Part shown: positions 25,204-38,744 of the stretch, piece after piece
Layout: each line of letters opens with the position of its first letter
How positions within the stretch are numbered: position 1 is the first letter of the stretch
DNA from: Octopus vulgaris
Taxonomy: Eukaryota
Length of the DNA stretch: 64,000 nucleotides
Assembly: GCA_951406725.2 (NCBI GenBank)
Contig: OX597817.1
Location: 111,104,001 to 111,168,000, forward strand
Direction of reading: 5' to 3'
Program-made: the position numbers and the translations under genes
Notes under the pieces: model-generated
Databases searched by the model: none
Told to the model about the DNA's origin: nothing
What the model saw: the letters and a program-made list of their open reading frames with translations, nothing else

Positions 25204-26629
25204 ACGCTCTCACTCCCCCCTGCTTTTTAGATTCAATGTTTATTTTCCTCAGCTAACTTCTATTACTTTCATTTTTTTTGTTTTTAATCTTTATCTTCCT
25301 CTGCTTGTCATCTTCCATCTCTGCACATCCTCTCTAAAGAAACAAATTAAATTTTAAATAAGTTATAAGAAACAACTTACTATTGAACTGAATCAGAGCA
25401 AAAATGGGTGCTTTAGTTGAAAATTTTACTTCATATAGAAATTTTAAGTCATTATTATATCAGTATGCTAGAAGATGAAAATCAATATTTCTTTTCACCA
25501 GTGCTTTTACATTGCACACGTACATGCATGTGTGCAAACACACACATACACACAATGTATGTAATTTATATATTATTTAATGAAAAGCACAATTCTGCTT
25601 TTCATTGTTGCATTGATGTATTAGAAGTTAGCTGAGAAGATTCAACTTTCCATGATATAAACTGATTTAATATCATTGTGAGATAGCATCAGTTAGAGAA
25701 AGAAGTTGCAGACAAAGTAATTAATGAAAAATGCAATTCAAGGGACCTTTTATCTAATCACTTGACTTGCATAATGTAGCACCAAATCAATTTTACCAAA
25801 TTCTATTAGGTTTTTTTAAAAAATGATGCCTGCATATTTTAAGTTCTAAACCTTAGGATAAGATACTCATGACAAAAAAGAAAGAATTTTCATTTTCTTC
25901 AGCTAACTTGGTACCATGGGCCTATTTGGATATTGATGAAATAATGTTCTTTACAGCATTAAAGTTTCACAAGTTTCACATAGTACTTTTTTATACATAG
26001 TACATAACTAAACTCTCTCACTCATCATCCATTACAAATATAATAAGCAATAACCATTGAATATATTAGCAAAGCTGTAATTTCATTTAATAGGATGCGT
26101 TATTAATCATTCATCTGTTTTTTTCTCTTGTGGAAAGATTCAGTTTTATCACAGCAAATCAACTAAACAACAATGATTTCCAATTTATTTAATGTTGCAC
26201 CAACTCTCATGTAACTTTCCCCTTTTGTCTTAACCATTCAACTGACAGATGTATCATGTATAAAATTGTGCTTTGGACAAAAGAAACCTCTGACCATTAA
26301 CAAGATGTAAACTATTCAATTACCCTTTAACCACTACAGTTTCTCAACTTATAATGAAGTAATAATTTTGTCTTTTGCTCTGTGAATAGGTTAGTTAAAA
26401 TAAATTATTGTTTCAAACTTTAGTTGTTAAACAAAGATGATTTAAGAAGTAGGCATGCTAGAGAAAGAGGGAGAGAGAGAGAACTGTTGGAGAGATCATA
26501 TAAGAGACTGTTAAGTAATTAAGGACATGAAGAGTAACTGTGATGCAGAAATTATTATGGGTTGTTTTCACACCTGATTGTACAGAAATCTGTTATCTTG
26601 AATTACTGATTTACAAAGTCTGTCATCTG

Positions 26630-26770
26630 TTACTAAGAGAAGAAGCTATAATTGGTAGTTTGCCTGGAGATTACAAAAATATTAACTGAATATAAGTTAA
26701 GGAGATGATAGGGATATTAGGAAGTTAGTGTTGGATACAATCCAATTTGGATTTGTTCCAAGCATAAAAA
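26630..26770 (+). mobile_element. RTE RT fragment
   Basis: Reads LDTIQFGFVPS, matching the RTE LDEMQFGFVP motif. Confidence 0.5.
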
Positions 26771-27717
26771 TTATTATACAGACTGGTTAAATACCTATTT
26801 ATCCCATGCACTAGTGCAATAAATATTCATAGTCAGCAAATTTAACAGGGTATTAGTTTTATTAATTTAAATAGCTACAGCTGGATATTGAACCCAAATC
26901 ACAAACTGTACATGGCACACATAATAGAATGGTTTATCTTTTGCAAGGTTAGCAGTAAAAGATGGTTAGATTGCGGATGAAAATGTGTGTTACTCTAGTT
27001 TCTACCTATAATATTCTTCATTTATCTGTTTCCGTTCTTTGACTTTTACCTTCAAACAACTGTAAATTGGAAGACCAAATCTGCAATCTCTATCAAAACT
27101 ATGTAGAAAGTGACCTATTTTCTGAGATAATACTTTTAGGGGAAAGCATCAATGTTACTATTTTTCTCATTTCTTCCTCTCTTCTGATTTTGAGGGACGG
27201 TGTCACATTATCATTTATTGGAGGGGTAAAAAATAATGTCAGACTTAATGTCTTTTGCAGTATTTAGTTACATACATTTGATATTGTCTTCTGTTTCTCA
27301 TTAATATATGTACCAGTAGCAGACAGTAGTTGATTTGACTGACTTCATTCCTTACTTACTAATTTTTAGCCTTATACTAAAAGAAACCCTTATTTACCAA
27401 GTATTTGTTTACCTTATATTTTTTTTTAGTTCAATACCTACTGGGGTGAGGGGGGTATAAGTTTGTCTGGAAGTGTTTGAATAGATATCACTCATTCATT
27501 TTGGCTTAAACAATTGGATACTTTTCCAATCATGAATGTTTTACCTGTTTTTCAAGTAGTGATTTTTTCCATTTTAGTGGAAACTGAAATTACAAAGCTA
27601 GTGAATGAATTGTAAACAATTATGTTCCATCTCTTAAATCTTCCCACAAGATGCCTCACAATGAGACTAAACACAAAACTACGTGGTTGAGAAGTAGACT
27701 TTTAGCATTCCCTCCCC

Positions 27718-28078
27718 ACACATACATACATGCATACATGCATAAATACATCATACATACATACATGCATACATACATCATACATACATACATGCATGCA
27801 TGCATGCATGCATACATATACATACATACATACATACATACATACATACATACATACATACATACATACATACATACATACATACATACATACATACATA
27901 CATACATACATACATACATACATACATGCATGCATGCATATATACATACATACATGCATGCATGCATATATACATACATACATGCATGCATGCATATATA
28001 CATACATACATGCATGCATGCATATATACATACATACATGCATGCATGCATATATACATACATACATGCATGCATGCA
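27718..28078. repeat. (CATA)n/(CATG)n array with a 28-bp higher-order unit
   Basis: A (CATA)n run is followed by 5.5 perfect copies of catgcatgcatgcatatatacatacata starting at 27925. This explains the overlapping MHAC/YIHT pseudo-ORFs. Confidence 0.97.
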
Positions 28079-31000
28079 ATTGTCACTTGGTTTACATGGT
28101 AGATTGGTTCCACAATTTTCCATGCAAATTGAAATCATGTAAAACAAGGGAAATACATTTTTGATATTACTAATAAAGTGTGTAGGGTGGCAAGCTGGCA
28201 GAATTATTAGCAAGTACTCTCTCCCTCAAAACTGTTGGACTTGTACCAAAATTTGAAACCATTATTAATAGAGTGTGTGTGTGCACATACTCATGCATGC
28301 ATACACTGTCAAGTAATATTGTTTGGCAATTTTCTGATATAGGGACAAAGTAGATATCACTTGAAGAATTCAACAGTAATTAAGATAGTTACTAATTTTT
28401 CCTATAAATGCATTCAAAGATGAAATAATATTTCTCCAGATACTAAATATGAATTAGCTCTTTATGAGAAAAAAGATATTCCGATAGATTCTTGGTGAAA
28501 TTTGGGTTGGTCTGTAAAAGGAAGTAACTTAGGAAGTATTGCTTTCATGACTTCTGCTTCCTGTAACATCTTTTAACTATGTTCTTTTATTTTGCTTCTG
28601 TAATCTTTATTTTGAAATTTATCCCTTTTTATGTGTGTGTATGATGATATTGTTTATAGCATTTTACACTTGTATTTCTAAATCTGTTAATTGATGACCT
28701 GTGTCTGTTTACTTGTCATTCTCAGTATTTAGGTTAGCTTAGCTTTTTTGCAGTTATAGATACCCTGTTTATTCCTCTGACTTACTAACAAGCTATCAAG
28801 GATTAAAATTGTTTCTATAAGTTTTCAGTTTCTTGTGTTTTTATAACTACAAGGAGATTATTAGTGAAATTTGTTTCTGTATATCCCAGAGAGTAAGAAA
28901 CAGAAAATAAACTTTTAATTTTGCAAAAACTCTCTGCATGTTGCTTGGTTAAGAAAGAATTAACAACAGCATACGACAGATATATCCTTTATTTAAATAT
29001 GACTCAACCAGCTACAAGTAAATTTCAGTAGTTTTTGATTGGAAGGTAAGTTCAACTCAGTTTGAAATAACAGGCTGTGCAGTCTGTCATATTGTTTTGG
29101 ATTGCATGGAATGCAGCTTGAACTTGGATATGTTATGTGAGGTGAGTAAATCTTTGACAATCAACTGGATGGTCTTTTTCTGGATGGATGCAGTTTAGGA
29201 TATGTATGTATGTGTTGATTTGTAATCAGTACTGTGTTGCATAATTTGCACTCATACTTTATATAAAGATCAGTAACTGTTCTGGGCTGATATAGAGTGT
29301 CTCTTGTAATGCAGTTTTGGCAGTGAAAGCTTGTTAGAAATTGTGAAAACTAACATTTGTAGAAAGTTTAATGATTCTGGTTACATATTGTTCATGGTTA
29401 GGGAAGTGTAGGATTGTTTCTTTCATATATGATGTGACTGTAACTTGATCTTCTTGAAGGAGATGAGGTTGCTAAGCTACCATATGACAATAGTTGATGC
29501 AATGAGTTTATCATTGGCAAGACCTACTTTTGCAAGGGCCACATGAATTTGATTGGTGTATGACAGTAGCTGATACACTTCCTGTCTAAGTAGTCTTTGA
29601 ATTCAAGTATTTTTGTCCCTCTAGATCTATGATCTACAGATGTAGAGTGTGTGTGTTCAGCATCTTTTATGAGGAAGAGAGCTTGGTTTTACATTTTGTT
29701 ATTTCACTAGCATCATCATCATCATTTAACACCCGTTTTCTATGCTGGCATGGGTTGGGCAATAATTATTTGTTTGTGATAAAGTATGATCTGGTTTGAT
29801 GTATATATTGTGGATCATAATATATTATATATTATTGAAGTATTGGTGAATGTTATCTAGTTCTTAGTTCTTATGTATCTTTTGATATTTGAAAGAAATC
29901 TTTCCCATTGTTGACATAGTCTCAATGTGTCAAAACTATATTAAAATAATGAGTTTCTAGCCTAGTAGTAAACTCAAAAAGGATTAACTTGATACAAATC
30001 TTAATTTAAATAAATAGATGTTTCTTATTTTCACAAGTTATAGAATGTCTTTGAAAACCATTCCTCAAGTCTAGTTTTATGGTATGAAGCAAATGGATAT
30101 TATAAATCTCCATTGGTCAGGACACTAGTCTATTGTGGACAATATTTCCAGAACCTGTACAGAGTGGCTATTTCCATAATGGATAATCTTTAATTTGATT
30201 ACAAACTAGATGTATGAAGTAATTATCTTCATAGCTCAAGTTTACGACTCATTTCTTTACATTTTCACTGGTTTACCTTCTTTGCTTTAAAGAATGTAAT
30301 TTATACTTCTTCTTTTCAAACTCTTGTCATCTTATTGCCAACAACTTCCTTTCCTATTCTGTACTAGTCAAAATAAAGATCTTATGATACCAACATATCT
30401 CTTGATTTTGTATGTTGTATTTATTACATCTTAAGACTATCAGTTGTAATGTTGCTTAAAATATATTAAAAACTGGGTTATTTCCTCATTTGTTTTCCTT
30501 ATTGTTTCTAATGACCACACAATCAAACTCTATTTGGAAATATAACAGTAGCTACCATAGTTATTTTAGAGAAAGATGGAGTTTTACAGGAGTTTTAGAA
30601 GAGGTGGGTCTTGTGTAATCCCAGGGCTACTGTGATTTAATAAACCTTTGATGAAAGACATTCCAGCCATCACCTTGCCACCTTTGTTTAAGTCGTAGTA
30701 GTGTCTCAGAAACTACATTATCTGAGATGCCTTCTTTTGTTTTTAAGACAATAGAATGTGATTCGAGGGAGATTAGGATGTTATATTTATTAGGCAAGTG
30801 ACCACTTATAGCAGCAGTTCTTAACATGGATGGCAGTGCCTCTTTATGAGAATTGTGAGCACACACAGGAGAGCAAACATCAAGGAGACATTTTGTATAT
30901 ACAGAGGTTGTGATTTTTTAGAATTAAAATATTTAAACCAGGAACAATACTTAAGTTTCAAACACATTTTGAAAAAAAAAATGTTGAAATTAGAATATGA

Positions 31001-32332
31001 GTAGGACAATAAGTAGAAATATGACTGATGCATCAAGATCCAGTATAATTTCATTATATAAGTTTTTGCCTTCTTTAGTAATTTACATAAGAATTTAACA
31101 CAGAGACACTATTCAATGCATTATCTGCAAAGAGGTATATACTGGACAGGATTATATGAGAAAATATGGATTATAAACCACTATTCAAAATTAGCTTTTT
31201 TTCGATTAAAATATTCTGCCTTCTTTTTGACAGGGTGGAGAAAGTGAAGTTAAATATAAGGAGTAGGTATTTAGAAAATGCCGTTTGATGACAGGGATAC
31301 TGAGGCCCGAATAGTTGAGAATCACTAACATAGAGGCTGCTATTTCTCACAGATAAGGAAGTTATTTGACTATGTAGAAGTCCCTATGTTGACTTATGCT
31401 TATTGTTTTCATGAAGGAAAGACTGCAATTATTTTTTGAAGATGTAGTTATAGCAAAGTTGGCTTGTTGATGGTAAAGATGTTTCTTGCTGGTGAACAAA
31501 ATGACAATGATAAAAATTTTTCAGAAATGTTAAATGTCTTTTAATATTCAAATTAATCATGAGTCATTTATAATAAAAAAAAAAAAAATTGTGCTAGCTT
31601 TAGTTTTTGTATTCAAAATTGTTCCATTCCAAAGTATTTTAAGAGCACAAGTGATATAAAATTATAGCCAATATTGTAGTTTTAACCCTCTTATTTTATT
31701 ATTAGATTTCTTGTTGCTCTTTGGAGTTTATATATACATAGGTTGATATGCACATCAAATTCAAGTAATATCTTCTGAAGTATGCAGCTGCATAATGATT
31801 GTTTAACATGATTTGAGGTCCTGTTGTAATTTGATGATATTAGGTAACTTTCAAACCATTGATAAAATTTGGCCAGGAAACCTTATCACATAAAAATAGA
31901 TAAAGCATCCGTCTGAAAAATAGAGTAAATATAGAAAAACCTAAGCGAACATGAAAGAAAAATGCTTTCTCTCTCTGATAAAAGTAAAATGTAAATGAAT
32001 TTCCATTGGTTTTAATGATGAATATTCCAGTTCTCAATCAACTAAACTACCTACAAGTGCTTATGATTATTAAGTGTGACTAAATTGTCTCTGTACACTT
32101 GTACCCTTAACATAATTCTCAGAAAATTTCAATTATTGTCAATTAAAGTCCATCTTATAGGCTTCTGAAGTTTCCATCAACCTAAATTTCACAAGACACT
32201 TGTGCAAGATCCCATATACTGGGATCAAATCCTGGACCCTCATGATTAGACTTTTTAACCACTCAGCTGTGCTTGCATCCATTCATATCTCTCTCTCTCT
32301 CTCTCTCTCTCTCATGCACGCACACACACACA

Positions 32333-32376
<44 letters not shown>

Positions 32377-33164
32377 TAAGTGCATGTATGCATATGCATG
32401 CTTTTATTTAGCTTCAGATCATTCCTGAAAAAGCAGACTTACAGGCAAAAGCATTCCAGAAATGACTGTCCCATCATACCTATTTAGGCATAATACACAT
32501 AGAACTATATTATCAATTACATTTATCAATTCCTTTTGCAATATTCCTGATGTGAAATCGTGTATGGTCATTTTTTTTTTTTTTTCTGCCAAATAGATAC
32601 ATGCACTATATATTTTTTTTCTTCTTTATTTATTACTGTTCTTATTTTATTATTTAACTCATGTCTATTGTCCGGAAATCTTTAAAGTTAAGGTTAATTA
32701 GCTTTGATAAAACTATCACTAGGGTAAATTTGTTTAAATATGTCATTTACATATAATTCTATTTAGGTATTAGTATAATTTTTCAAAATTAAATTCTGTC
32801 TGTGCTTGATTGTTATGATTTCTCCAACATTAGGATAGGTACATTTCGAAAAATATAGAATACCTCATAAGTAATATAAATGTCCTAAATTCAGTGGCAG
32901 TGTTAATGAAGATGCTATGCATTAATCTAATGTGTTAAATGTATATTTATTAATGTATGTCAAATTATACATACATACATATATACAAGATTTACACAGA
33001 TACAAGAGTCAGAACTTGTGATCTGCCTGCGGACCTTTTCTTTGGAAATTTTTGCTCACCACATTAAAAAGTTTCCCCATCCCTAGTCTAAATGTTGTTG
33101 TTTTTCACTATCAGACAACACCTCCTTCACTTAGGCTATGTAATGAACTAGTTCACTGGTGCAA

Positions 33165-33226
33165 GAGTGCTTTGAGACACCACAGTGTTTCAACCTCAAT
33201 GTATGTCTCCTCAGTTGAAGCTACTC
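33165..33226 (-). ncRNA. Type I hammerhead ribozyme (CpG-decayed), copy 1
   Basis: Minus strand: GAGU a GCUUCAA-CUGAGGA-GAC auacauugag GUU-GAAA-CAC ugug GUG-UC|UCAAAGC ACUC. The core is intact with a GUC site. The stem I mismatches are CpG-type changes. Confidence 0.8.
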
Positions 33227-33502
33227 CATGGCTGGGCCTATGAAACTCACAAACTATTGTTTATAAGAATCAGCAAACTATTTGCTATTGATTCAGGTGT
33301 CTGTCAAACAGACAATAATTCATAAGATGCATGCAGAACAGTGAGAATACAAGCAATAAAATATCTATTCAATCTCAATACAATCTGACAGATTAAAATA
33401 TGAATATCTGATTTCTTTTCTTTTACACCACCAAAGAATGTCTCCTTTCTTTAGGAGATGTGTGGTCATGACACACATGATTCACTAGTTTACCAGTGTA
33501 AA

Positions 33503-33560
33503 GAGATTTCAAGATACTGTGGTGTTTCAATCTTGTATATTTTTTCAGTCAAGGCTACTC
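33503..33560 (-). ncRNA. Type I hammerhead ribozyme (decayed), copy 2
   Basis: Minus strand: GAGUAGCCUUGA-CUGAAAA-AAU auacaag AUU-GAAA-CAC caca GUA-UC|UUGAAAUCUC. Homologous to copy 1, with G8 mutated. Confidence 0.7.
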
Positions 33561-33669
33561 TATGGCCATACATTTTCTGGCGGCATAAAACAACAGTGTT
33601 CAGATATTCAAGTTTGAATCTGCCAAAACATATCATAAACAAACAGATTATTGTTTGGATTCTCATTGT

Positions 33670-34070
33670 TTTGCATGCACTCTATTTCATCCATCTGAGT
33701 TCAAAATTCTGCAATGGTTGACTTTGCCTTTCATCCTTTCTGGGTCAATGAAATATATATATCAGTTGATCAATGGGGTCAAGGTACCTGACTTGCCCCC
33801 TCCCCCAGAATTTTAGGCCTTTTGTCTATATTAGAAAGGATTATTATTCTGCTGCTGCTATTGTAGTTTCAAGCATCTATGCAAGGCCACAAATTTTAAT
33901 GAGAAGTGGCTAGTCCATTCGACTGACTCCAGTACTTGACTGATGTTTACTTTTATCAATCCTGGAATGAGAAAAGTTAAGTTGAACATGGCAGAATTTG
34001 AATTCAGAACGGGAAGAGCTGGGGGAAAATATCACTGGGCATTTTGTATGATGTTCAAATGACCTTGCTT
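33670..34070. mobile_element. Tail-to-tail inverted pair of SINE family A (33670-33848 +, 33883-34070 -)
   Basis: ctgagttcaaaattctgc on the + copy pairs with gcagaatttgaattcaga on the - copy. Confidence 0.8.
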
Positions 34071-37000
34071 GTAAAAGTGAATATAATGTGTGGTGTTGTT
34101 AATGGTTATGATAGCTCTACCACAATAACATTGTTTGCATCCAGACATATGCTTTCTCTCAGACAGAATCACTTATGGACTCATGAATGTCATCAACTGC
34201 TTCAATTCTAATGCATAATAAGTACTAGAGCTTATAGATATTTAGGCTGTAACAGCAAAAATGATTGAAGAAAGATACTAGCTGTAGTCCAACTATGTTA
34301 GGTCTTACAAAAGAATCTTCTGTAACTTATAGGGTTTATATTATCTTCAAAGAAATGATACCCTCCCCTGCATGTTGATTACCTTGTCACTTTTTGACAG
34401 AAGAAGCACTTAGTGACAACTTATGATATAAATGAAAAGTATATAATAATATATAATAATACATATATATTAAATTAGCAAAGATTTTCAAATGTCATTC
34501 TAGACAAAGTTTTCCTAAAAAGAAATAATTACCATATTTTAAAACATGTTATTCATATTTTTCTCGCTTGAAAATATCTTGGATAAAGTATGTCAGACAT
34601 CCAAAAAAAAAAAAAAAAAAGAAGTGAACACATCCTGTTAGATAAAATTAGCTTGTTTGTTTTTCTACTTTGAGGTTACATTGTAGCATTTTTACATTGG
34701 ATTTAAGGAGGATTTGTTAATGATACCAGTTGTAATGGTAAAGTAAATTTATAGATTTTTCTTTCTTTTTATACTGCATAAAATATTTGTGAACTTATAA
34801 TGTGAAAAACTTTAATACTTTCAACTCTCATAAAATCATGGTAAAGAAAATTATTGTAACAAGCAGAATGATATTATGATTATACTATTCCTCCTTTAAA
34901 CAAAACTTTTTTTAAAAATTGGTCTTGTTCTTGCATAATGAAATGAAATATCCATTTCTTTTATATGATATTTTCTTTATTTTACAACTTTTTAGAACAA
35001 TCAATATTTTTTCATATTTAGATAGTCGGTTTGTATTTCAAGGGCCCCTCAAGAGTAAAGGTTGGAAAAATGCTGCTTTAAAATGTACTTTAAAATTTTA
35101 CTCTGGTTATGAAATTTAAAATCCTAATTTAATAATTTCCTATCCAGCTATTTCCCTATCATTCTATCTACATTTGTATCTCAGTTCATGTGAATGTTCA
35201 TCACAATACTCATATAACAGATCTAAATATACTTCTGCTCACTAATTTTTTTTAAATGTCCATTCAGTATTGATAAATTTTTAATGGTTGTCATGTTAAC
35301 ATAACATGAAAATTTAGTTCTCTCTGAGAATTAAGACTTAATTTTGGTATGGTTATAAACCGATCTTTCTTGATTGGAGATTAAATATACTCTAACAGCA
35401 GCTTAATGTTTGAAATCTTGCCTAGGCAGTCTAATATTCATGACATGTTGCTAAGAACTCAGTGTATACTTCCCAAGCCCATTTAAGTTTCATTCTACAT
35501 GACTATAATGTTTCCTGTATTAAATATACTATCACTATTGTTTTTCTTGAGCAGGTGGCATCTCTGAATTATTTATTTTCTAAACAATACTGTTTTCACT
35601 CACCAACCAATGTGTGTTATTGTATATTTAATTAAGGATTCTTTCATTACTAACTTGGGAAGCACAATGAAGGCTATGCTTTGCTGATGAGGGTATAATA
35701 AGACTCAATCATAGGCAAAGTTGTCTCCTGTGCTTACCTAAAGATTGAAAATAATATCAGACTTTGACTAAAATTTTGCTTCTTTTCTTCAGTGCATCTA
35801 GTTAACAGTTTTTATATCTTTCATTAAATATGTTAACCCTAACTCAATTACACAAACATTTTTCATATAACAACATTAAAAAAATTTGACTGCTGTTTTA
35901 GATACATATGCAGATAGATTTAAAAAGAAAGTAGCCTGAGACTGTAACTTGTAATAACAAATTACATCTTAACAGAATAATTTTACATTTAAGTTAAAAT
36001 ATCTTCTTTCTGAAAATGAAATTACAGCATGATTCCTGTTTCTCTTAAATTTCTCCATAAAGTGCTCTCCCCCTCCAGTTTTTCTTTTTTCTTTTTTTTT
36101 TTAATCCTACCTTTGAGCATAAGAATAGAATTTATAACTGACAACTGTTTATTATCCTTCACATTGTCTGTCTGCTGCTGTTAGTTTTAATAGGTTGTTT
36201 TCTCTTCATTTTCACTTGTTCCTTGAGTGACTCTTTCTATAATTAGATCAGATGCGCTACAGGTATTAGTTTTTCCCATAGTTTTGGTTCAATTCATGGG
36301 TCAGCGAGCATAGACAGTTATTTGAATATTGAGAGCTAGCATTTTTTTAAATATATAGTTAAGTACCCCTCCAAATGCAACAACTCTGTGATGAAGTGAA
36401 ATTAGTTATCAATTTTATTGCGGCATGTGGCTTGATCAAGATCACCGTGTTTAAAACTGTGGTTAGTGGACCCCCATCATGCACTCTTTTCATAGCCACC
36501 TACTAAATCTCAAGTAGGAGCTTCTATACAACTTTTAGAAATAGCAACTAATCTCCCTCAAAACAACACTCTATTATTTTGAAAATATTCTAGATACTTT
36601 GTCTGGGTGGTTCATGGCTTGACTATTTTTATCATAGCTCTAACTGCTCAGTCAGTGCTGACCTATTGCTGACCTATTGAACAGTGACAAGTTTAGTTCT
36701 GTAACACCTCATCTACTGGGACAAGATTCTAGCAATTTGATTTCAGCCCTTAACCTCAGATCTACATATTTGGTCATATATTCAGCACCTTAAGAATTTC
36801 TACTTAGCAACAAGTTTATCAATGTAATGGTGGTCAGTACTCACTGTCTTTTGATATCAAAATTTAACATATGACCTCTGAGCAAAAATCCTTTGTGTTG
36901 TAAGCCTAACATGTTACCTGGTTAAATACCATACCACCATCTGGTCCTTGGGTGTCTTTAAATATGTTTACTCTGTTGCAAGCATTTGGACCAATACCCT

Positions 37001-38207
37001 TATGTTTTTTTTACAGACAATGACTTGTAGATGCATAAGTAGAGAATCAACTATATTAATTTTTCCAGTCTAACATAGCGAAGGTCAAAGGGAGTATCTC
37101 TCCTCCTCTGACTAATTTATTTAAATATATTTTGTTAAAAATTTATGAATAAAAACAAAAACAGTGTGAGATTATTTTTGTTAAAAAAATTTTTATTTTC
37201 AGTTTTTCTACAATGTATTATAGTGTATTATCTAACTTGAATATTGTTCTACACAGATTATGTGAATTTCAGTAAAGACAGATTGCTTCCTGGCACACTG
37301 TTTTTTTACCAGTCTAGTCAGTTATTTGCATTTTCTTCCTGTGTGTGTGTACATGTAAATATGAATGATTGTGTTTATATATATAAACACACACACAAAA
37401 TGTATATGTACATCACTGACACATTCATATGAATGTGCTTTTTTTTTCCTTTTCAAATTTTTACTCTGATGGCCATGACTAACATGATTGATTGATCATT
37501 CTCAAATAGCCTAAGTTGAGGTGAAAAGACAGAGTTTACAAACCAGAAAAGTCTTATGCAGCTGTTTAAATGAGCAATAAAGGTTTTTGTGCGTTGAAGT
37601 GTTGATCTTCTGGATTTATCTACTTACTTCACTCCCACTAGAAAACTGTTGACTCTTCTTTGAAGCAGAACAAGCATATAAAATCAGAGACTAATCTGAA
37701 AATATTTTACAACTTTCACATGTTCAAATAGACATATCTTAGAACATTATTTGTTGACTACAAAACCTCTAACAAAGCTTCTATTTTCATATAAGAAAAA
37801 CTTGACAATAACAACAATGACAAAAACCATCTCCTTGTTTATTACTGTTGTTTTATTCTTAATGCTTTACAAACTGAACATTGCTCTCTCACTTACAAAT
37901 ATAAATGATTTGTATTACTGTTATTGTATAGCCCCAAGACAGTCCCGATTCAGTAGACCTATGGTAAAAGATGTTCTAGCCTGGTTCATCTTTCAGCTTC
38001 ATTCAATTTATTAGGGTTTTTTAAGATGGTAGGATTTTATTTGTGGAAGATTTTGCTATTTCTTGCAGGTTGAACAGCCATACAATGGTTCCTTGAGTGG
38101 CTCATTCATTTGTATGATTTCATATGTGGAAATTATCTCTAACTGAGTCTCCTGTTTTTTGATAATACTCTATACATAGTTTCTCTCTATTATATATATA
38201 TATATAT

Positions 38208-38336
38208 AAATAATCAGCTGAAATTGCGAGGATGATCCGGTTCTTCACTGAAGATAAAAGGCTTCGAATGACCCGTCTGTGTTTTTTTGTATCGCCTATC
38301 TGGATATTTTGCGTTCTTGTCCCATTTTGTATTTTA
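38208..38336. mobile_element. Short CpG-retaining interspersed repeat embedded in (TA)n
   Basis: (TA)n on both sides and several intact CpGs, unlike its surroundings. Confidence 0.5.
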
Positions 38337-38469
38337 TATATATATATATATATATATAAGACCCATTGTGGCCCAAAGCACTTAAAAGATTTTGGTGCTC
38401 CATAAAATATTATGTAATTCAAATTATTAACAATAACAAACCATAAAATTCATTTTTATTTTTCAAAAC

Positions 38470-38570
38470 TGTTGTATGGGAAATCTGTACACCCCCATGA
38501 TTGGCTAAATGAGCTATACTAGTTAGTATAAATGAGCATGCACAGAACAATCTGGAAAGAGTGTCATGTG
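38470..38570 (+). repeat. Truncated 5' LTR
   Basis: Aligns to 41672-41765 with about 10 substitutions and a 6-bp indel. Contains ATTGG (38500) and TATAAA (38527). Confidence 0.9.
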
Positions 38571-38744
38571 CTTTTTTGGTGTTGGTAGTGGTTTCTTTAA
38601 CATGAGTTTGATTTGTTACACATTGTTATTATATATATGTTCAAGGTCTCCCCGTGTGGATGTACCATGATTTGTTAAACTGTTAATTTTGTTGAATTTT
38701 CTGTCACTGTTTTTGCATGTTATATGAATTTGTTTGTTCCCCAT

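Larger units (their letters stand above)
33105..33640 (-). mobile_element. Tandem ~337-bp hammerhead-containing repeat (retrozyme- or Penelope pLTR-like)
   Basis: Direct homology between 33105-33270 and 33425-33610 (ctcctt..ttagg, actagtt, gtgtttcaa, gctactc.atggc). Confidence 0.65.

Noticed and set aside
27925-28078. 28-bp perfect repeats as a CRISPR array
   Set aside because: The units are head-to-tail with no spacers, the sequence is low complexity, the context is eukaryotic, and there are no cas genes.
27651-28213. Six overlapping ORFs of 100-185 aa
   Set aside because: These are translations of the stop-free CATA/CATG repeat, not genes.
29060-29690. Possible minus-strand LINE RNase H / C-terminal relic
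   Set aside because: Only vague motif resemblance (FMW..., H..DC.RF), so no clade can be supported by eye.
35679-35720. CUUUG-CUGAUGA-GGGU..ACUC...CAAAG hammerhead-like motif
   Set aside because: Stems I and II can form, but GAAA and the NUH site are absent (aatcatagg). It is too degenerate to call, though a very old relic is not excluded.
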